Below, in pieces: positions 59,531-64,000 of a stretch of DNA of 64,000 nt. Position 1 is the first letter of the stretch. Each line of letters begins with the position of its first letter. The stretch covers positions 32,001 to 96,000 of the IMG/VR virus record IMGVR_UViG_3300029787_000005. One strand, 5' to 3'. A model generated the notes under the pieces. The model saw nothing but the letters and a program-made list of their open reading frames with translations, was not told the DNA's origin and did no database searches. The translations under genes were made by a program, and so were the position numbers. This DNA comes from a virus.

Positions 59531-60459
59531 TAGTAGCCTCCTTCGTTTGCAACGATATGTGCGGGAAGGGGCGCCAGTCTAAAGTCTTCCGTAATTCTTC
59601 CTCTGCGAGTTTGGTCCATGAATGGGTAAAGCCTAGCGTCCATATGACTATCCCAATCCGCAATTTTAATCCATATACCGCTTCGATGTAACGCTCTTCC
59701 AATTGAATCCGGGTTAAGGGGGAACATAAAGGTGTCCGGTTCAACATGTTGGCCATAGATTGGTTTCTCCTTCCATGAGTTGATATAGTCCACTGTTAGA
59801 CTATAATGATCTGCACACATCTGAATCATGTCATCCATGCTCCAGTTGTCTACACTCTCTAATAAATACCTACCATGCTGGCCAACGTTTTTGAAGCGTA
59901 TCATTGCGTGGTCGATATTCTTTTGTTTAAATAAATGAAGAAGTCTACTTGGTGCATCATCATTTATTCCTTTACATAATATAGTGCCTGTGTCAACAAT
60001 AAATTTACAAGCCTTGATATTCTCAAGAGCCATTATCTTTTGTTTAGCACATCTAAGTTCATCAATAGCTTCATACCAATCATCATTATCCACACCGTTC
60101 AATGACAAATAAACATGCGACAGCTTAGCCTCTCGCAAGCTACGAGTATACCTAATACTAGCCAATTTCAGTCCATTAGTCAACAGGGTACATCTATGCC
60201 CTGCCTTTCTGATCCTGACTATAATATCAGTTAGATCATTTCTCATGGTTGGCTCAGCACCCATGATTCTGATCATAGTTCTTTTTGGGAATCTACTGAT
60301 TGTATTTATAAGACGATCAATGTCCATGTCAGGAATATCTCTATTTGGTATGTAACAATTTTGACATGTCATATTACATTGATGAGTCACATCAGCTGTG
60401 ACATCAGTGAAATGATTATCTTCTGGATCTAGTTCATAGTAACCTGGTAAGGTGGTCAT
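59530..60459 (-). CDS. Radical SAM protein (MoaA-like N-terminus)
   Basis: CNMTCQNC (CxxxCxxC), GAEPT and LLTNG motifs. Confidence 0.88.
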   Translation of the reverse strand: MTTLPGYYELDPEDNHFTDVTADVTHQCNMTCQNCYIPNRDIPDMDIDRLINTISRFPKRTMIRIMGAEPTMRNDLTDIIVRIRKAGHRCTLLTNGLKLASIRYTRSLREAKLSHVYLSLNGVDNDDWYEAIDELRCAKQKIMALENIKACKFIVDTGTILCKGINDDAPSRLLHLFKQKNIDHAMIRFKNVGQHGRYLLESVDNWSMDDMIQMCADHYSLTVDYINSWKEKPIYGQHVEPDTFMFPLNPDSIGRALHRSGIWIKIADWDSHMDARLYPFMDQTRRGRITEDFRLAPLPAHIVANEGGY

Positions 60460-61024
60460 ATGCTTCCTCTGTGTACTCGAAGTTTGCTAGGATAGCAACT
60501 CTTACATCATTCGATTCATGAAACGATGCATGAGGATGACTTGGATTAATAAACCAAATCTCTCCTATGTTCATAAAATATTTTTTTTGATTTTTATTCC
60601 AAAGGTCTTCACCTCGCTTACCTGTCTGTGCTTTTATTGTAACTGGATCACTTAAAGGACATATAATATTATATGTGTTGGGTGGATCCATATGGTAGTC
60701 CAAATGTTGACCTGGATCTAACATAGCATATCTTTTATTGTTTATATCAATATTTTGAACAGGTAAACTTATCTCATCTGAATGGATTTGATTATAAAAA
60801 TCAGCAAGTTGATAAACGCTTTCACCAGTACTAACACCAACAACAGCATTTTGATGTCTATGTTCTGCAGTCTGCTCACCGGTCAAATTACTTGGATCAT
60901 CCGCTAAAGAATGGTATATAAATAAATTGTGTACAGTAATTTCTGGGGTTAGTTGCCCCACTTTGATAGCTGGAGGCAGCTTTCGGTTACGACCATGAAG
61001 TCGTAATTCGTCAATTTTACTCAT
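60434..61024 (-). CDS. Fe(II)/2OG oxygenase, Asp/Asn beta-hydroxylase-like
   Basis: LDPG...YHMD (HxD), ICPL, GEIWFIN...PHAS and RVAIL motifs. Confidence 0.65.
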   Translation of the reverse strand: MSKIDELRLHGRNRKLPPAIKVGQLTPEITVHNLFIYHSLADDPSNLTGEQTAEHRHQNAVVGVSTGESVYQLADFYNQIHSDEISLPVQNIDINNKRYAMLDPGQHLDYHMDPPNTYNIICPLSDPVTIKAQTGKRGEDLWNKNQKKYFMNIGEIWFINPSHPHASFHESNDVRVAILANFEYTEEAYDHLTRLL

Positions 61025-61046
61025 AATATGACCACATCATTGTTAT

Positions 61047-61061
61047 TATAAATATATTTAG
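61047..61061. promoter_or_regulatory. Back-to-back late promoters
   Basis: TATAAATA on + (61047-61054) and CTAAATA on - (61061-61055) in the gap between divergent operons. Confidence 0.55.
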
Positions 61062-61082
61062 CTAAGTTAATAGGAGCACATA

Positions 61083-61418
61083 ATGGCGACAAAGGCAAAC
61101 ATTGTAATAGATCAAGGGGCATCATTCTCCACAGATATTGATATTACAGACGCAGCTGGCGCCCGAGTAGACTTATCTAATTATACAGCAAACTCTCAGC
61201 TACGTAAACACTTTTCTTCAACAAATGCAACTGCTACTTTTACTTGTACTACTGGTGGTACAAATGGTACAGTTACTATGGTACTCACACATGCAGTAAC
61301 AGCCAATATAACAGAAGGAAGATATGTTTACGATCTATCATTACACAACACATCTGCTAACACAAAGTTGAGAGCTGTAGAAGGAATTGTAACTGTCACA
61401 CCAAGGGTAACAGCATAA
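61083..61418 (+). CDS. Small virion-associated protein (conserved upstream of the neck genes)
   Basis: ANIVIDQGASF, SQLRKH, GRYVYD and RAVEGIVTVTP motifs. Confidence 0.7.
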   Translation: MATKANIVIDQGASFSTDIDITDAAGARVDLSNYTANSQLRKHFSSTNATATFTCTTGGTNGTVTMVLTHAVTANITEGRYVYDLSLHNTSANTKLRAVEGIVTVTPRVTA

Positions 61419-61612
61419 TGGTAAAAATGCTAAGAAATGATTTAGATACATTAACAATTTATGGTAATCCAATAGTAGGATCTGCCAACAAGCTATCTGC
61501 TTGTGAAGATGTTTCAGAACAAACATTAGCCAATGGAGCTATACTTGTATACAGTTCTAATGACAAGAAGTATATACTCCAAGCAGATTCAAATGATGGT
61601 GGTGAGTTCTAG
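61418..61612 (+). CDS. Small hypothetical structural protein
   Basis: DV...NGAILVY and C-terminal DGGEF. Confidence 0.55.
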   Translation: MVKMLRNDLDTLTIYGNPIVGSANKLSACEDVSEQTLANGAILVYSSNDKKYILQADSNDGGEF

Positions 61613-61887
61613 TGGGACTCAGCATTCAGCTACCTGGTAATACCAAACCAACACCACTACATGCTAATGGTACAGCTTTAGCAAATGTGGCATCTGGTAC
61701 TATCCATTTAGCTAATACAACAGGAACAATAAAGTTAAAGATGCCAACTAAGCTAGCAAGAAGAGTTGGAGATTTTGCTGATGTAAATAGTAGTAGTGTG
61801 AGTAACGGACAAGTACTAAGATACATATCTGCTAATGATACATTCATTACAACAGATAGAAACGATGTGGACGGAGGTAGTTTCTAG
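61612..61887 (+). CDS. Small hypothetical structural protein (paralog-like to the previous gene)
   Basis: DV...NGQVLRY and C-terminal DGGSF. Confidence 0.55.
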   Translation: MGLSIQLPGNTKPTPLHANGTALANVASGTIHLANTTGTIKLKMPTKLARRVGDFADVNSSSVSNGQVLRYISANDTFITTDRNDVDGGSF

Positions 61888-62513
61888 TGGCCATACAAAT
61901 AAAAAGAAGTGCTAATACGGCAACACCAACTAGTTTGGAAGTTGGTGAATTAGCATGGTCAAGTAATAGTGAAGTTATATTTGTTGGTAATGGAAGTGCA
62001 GTAGTTGCAGTAGCTGGTAAAAGAGTACCAGGAACATTGACAGCTAACCAAGCTATTGTTGTTGATGCAAATAGTTTTCTAGATGAAATAAAAACTGGTG
62101 GACTAACTCTTACTACATCAGGTACATCTAACACAAAGGTTGTAGGTATTGTTGCTAATGTTGAAGTTGCCAACACAACTACTCTTGCAACATCACAAGC
62201 TCTAAAAAATTATGTCGATGAAAATGCTGTCACAGGAGGATCAACACAACTCAATGGTTTAACAGATGTCACCATAACAGATAGAGCTCAAAGTGATTTT
62301 ATGATGGCTTCTAACACAACTCATGTTAGAAATGTAACAACAGCTGGAGGTGTTACTGCAACTGCAAATGATACAATAGTAACATTCAACTGTGTTAATG
62401 CTTCTTCAGATTTTCTTGTTGGAGCAAACTTAACAGTCACAACAGCATTGAAAGATGGTAGTGGCAATAGATTACAAATTTTATACGCCAATGGCGACGC
62501 AGCCTGGGGGTAA
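61887..62513 (+). CDS. Fibre-like protein with an IQIKR/P.SL..GELA N-terminal domain
   Basis: MAIQIKRS...PTSLEVGELA...IFVG N-terminus seen in phage fibre/whisker proteins; ALKNYVD. Confidence 0.6.
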   Translation: MAIQIKRSANTATPTSLEVGELAWSSNSEVIFVGNGSAVVAVAGKRVPGTLTANQAIVVDANSFLDEIKTGGLTLTTSGTSNTKVVGIVANVEVANTTTLATSQALKNYVDENAVTGGSTQLNGLTDVTITDRAQSDFMMASNTTHVRNVTTAGGVTATANDTIVTFNCVNASSDFLVGANLTVTTALKDGSGNRLQILYANGDAAWG

Positions 62514-62516
62514 CAA

Positions 62517-63257
62517 ATGGCCGTACCAAGTAGTAGAAGTGCATTCAAAGAACTGTGTCTCAGACGATTGGGTAAACCAGTCATTGAGATTAATGTTGAT
62601 GACGATCAAGTAGAAGATCGTATTGATCAAGCACTAGCATATTATCAAGACTATCATTTTGATGGTGTTGAAAAAACATTTTTAAAACATGTTGTCACAC
62701 AGACAGACATTGACAACCAATATATTGATATACCCAATACTACTATTGGTGTCATTAATATATTTGACATTGGTGATGCAACCAGTACCAATAACTTATT
62801 CAACATTAGATATCAAATTGCGTTGAATGACTTGTATGATCTATCAAGATATGATCTTGTTCCTTTCTACATGAACTTTATGAACATAAGAATGATTGAA
62901 GAGATATTAGTTGGTAAACAACCAATAAGATATAACAGACATGTAAACAAACTCCACATTGATATGGATTGGGAAAAGTTAAATGTAGGTGACTTCATTG
63001 TAGCTCATGTATACAATAAGGTTGATGGTGATACATACACAGACCTTTGGGGTGATAGATGGTTAGCTGAGTATACAACATGCTTAATAAAGTATCAATG
63101 GGGTTCAAATCTATCTAAGTTTACAGGTATGCAACTCCCTGGAGGTGTACAATTCAATGGAGCAGATATACTCTCACAGGCACAAATTGAAAAAGATAAA
63201 TTAGAACAGGAGATGCTTTCATCATACTCCTTACCAGTACACGATATGACAGGTTAA
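62517..63257 (+). CDS. gp13: Neck protein gp13
   Basis: LRRLGKPVIEINVDDDQVEDRID.AL..Y..YHFDG and QWGSNLSKF.G.QLPGGV motifs. Confidence 0.95.
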   Translation: MAVPSSRSAFKELCLRRLGKPVIEINVDDDQVEDRIDQALAYYQDYHFDGVEKTFLKHVVTQTDIDNQYIDIPNTTIGVINIFDIGDATSTNNLFNIRYQIALNDLYDLSRYDLVPFYMNFMNIRMIEEILVGKQPIRYNRHVNKLHIDMDWEKLNVGDFIVAHVYNKVDGDTYTDLWGDRWLAEYTTCLIKYQWGSNLSKFTGMQLPGGVQFNGADILSQAQIEKDKLEQEMLSSYSLPVHDMTG

Positions 63258-63258
63258 G

Positions 63259-64000
63259 ATGGTAGGTACAACAAGCCTTTATTTCAATAAGTTTGAACAC
63301 TTTGGTGAACAAAACTTAATAGCTGATCTGGTTATTGAATCCATTGCAATATATGGAATCGATGTTGGATACCTATGTAAGAAGTTTACGTCAGAAGGAT
63401 ACGATCAACTATACACAGAAGAAGACTTGGCTTTATTTGATAATGTAACAGATGTTGCAATGTATGTTAGAAATGTTGATGGCTTTGAAGGAGAAGGTGA
63501 CTTCTTATCTAAGTTTGGTTTAGAGATAAGAGACTCAATGACATTATCTGTTGCCAGAAGATCATTTGAAAGTGAAGTAGAAGCTACACAAAACATATCA
63601 AGACCAAGAGAAGGTGACTTGATATTCTTCCCATTGAACCAAAAATTATATGAGATCAAGTTTGTAGAACACGAACCAGTATTCTATCAAATGGGTACCT
63701 TACAATTTTACGATTGTAGAGTTGAGTTGTTTGAATATTCTAATGAAAGAATGAACACAGGCATACCTGAGATTGATGAGTTAGAAACTAAATTCTCTCT
63801 TGACATCTATGAAGAAGTACAGATGTTGGCTGAGGATGGAGAAGCATTATTCACTGAAGATGGTTATAGACTTCTATCAGAAGAAGAGTCTGCAGAAGAT
63901 GCTAGTGCAGATGATGATAGAGATTATGATACAATTACGGATGCAGAAAATGTATTCTTGGAGTCGGAAGCTGATAGCATAATAGATTTCAGTGATGCTG
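63259..64000 (+). CDS. gp14: Neck protein gp14 (runs off the right edge)
   Basis: Translated by hand from ATG 63259: EQNLIADLVIESI.IYG.DV, GFEGEGDFLSKFGLEIRD, RPREGDLI.FP and FYQMG. Confidence 0.93.
   Translation, partial: MVGTTSLYFNKFEHFGEQNLIADLVIESIAIYGIDVGYLCKKFTSEGYDQLYTEEDLALFDNVTDVAMYVRNVDGFEGEGDFLSKFGLEIRDSMTLSVARRSFESEVEATQNISRPREGDLIFFPLNQKLYEIKFVEHEPVFYQMGTLQFYDCRVELFEYSNERMNTGIPEIDELETKFSLDIYEEVQMLAEDGEALFTEDGYRLLSEEESAEDASADDDRDYDTITDAENVFLESEADSIIDFSDA

Noticed and set aside
1-64000. Alternative genetic code (stop codon reassignment)
   Set aside because: Conserved genes are full length in the standard code, and TAA, TAG and TGA all end recognisable genes at expected positions.

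Overview
A 64-kb piece of a T4-like (Tevenvirinae/Kyanoviridae-style) myophage genome, AT-rich and densely coding in the standard genetic code. The host is probably a marine alphaproteobacterium, inferred from a permuted two-piece tmRNA and an alphaproteobacterial-looking PstS. From left to right: phoH, rnh and small early/exported genes under sigma70-type promoters; tmRNA, iscA/hesB and a glycosyltransferase (GT) cluster; gp33/gp59/gp32; the tail/baseplate module (tape measure-like, gp51/gp26-like, gp54, gp2, gp4, gp48, gp53, gp27-like, gp5, gp25, gp6, gp7, gp8, a VrlC/DUF4815-like protein); a fibre locus; pstS; a second modification-enzyme cluster; and neck genes gp13/gp14. The most unusual element is the fibre locus (37.8-54.8 kb). 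It holds two giant proteins (3159 and 1363 aa) built mostly of [Y/W/F]-x-K-x tetrapeptide repeats. The arrays surround a LamG domain and split a gp38-like polyglycine adhesin, and a conserved 'YVGPVYYGGFASGSQTT' motif sits at the midpoint of the 1363-aa protein's array, which suggests giant beta-hairpin filaments. A GT and a putative Fe/2OG hydroxylase follow directly downstream. A candidate -1 frameshift joining the gp26-like and gp51-like ORFs upstream of the tape-measure-like gene was also found. All product calls come from motif recognition and synteny; no database search was run.
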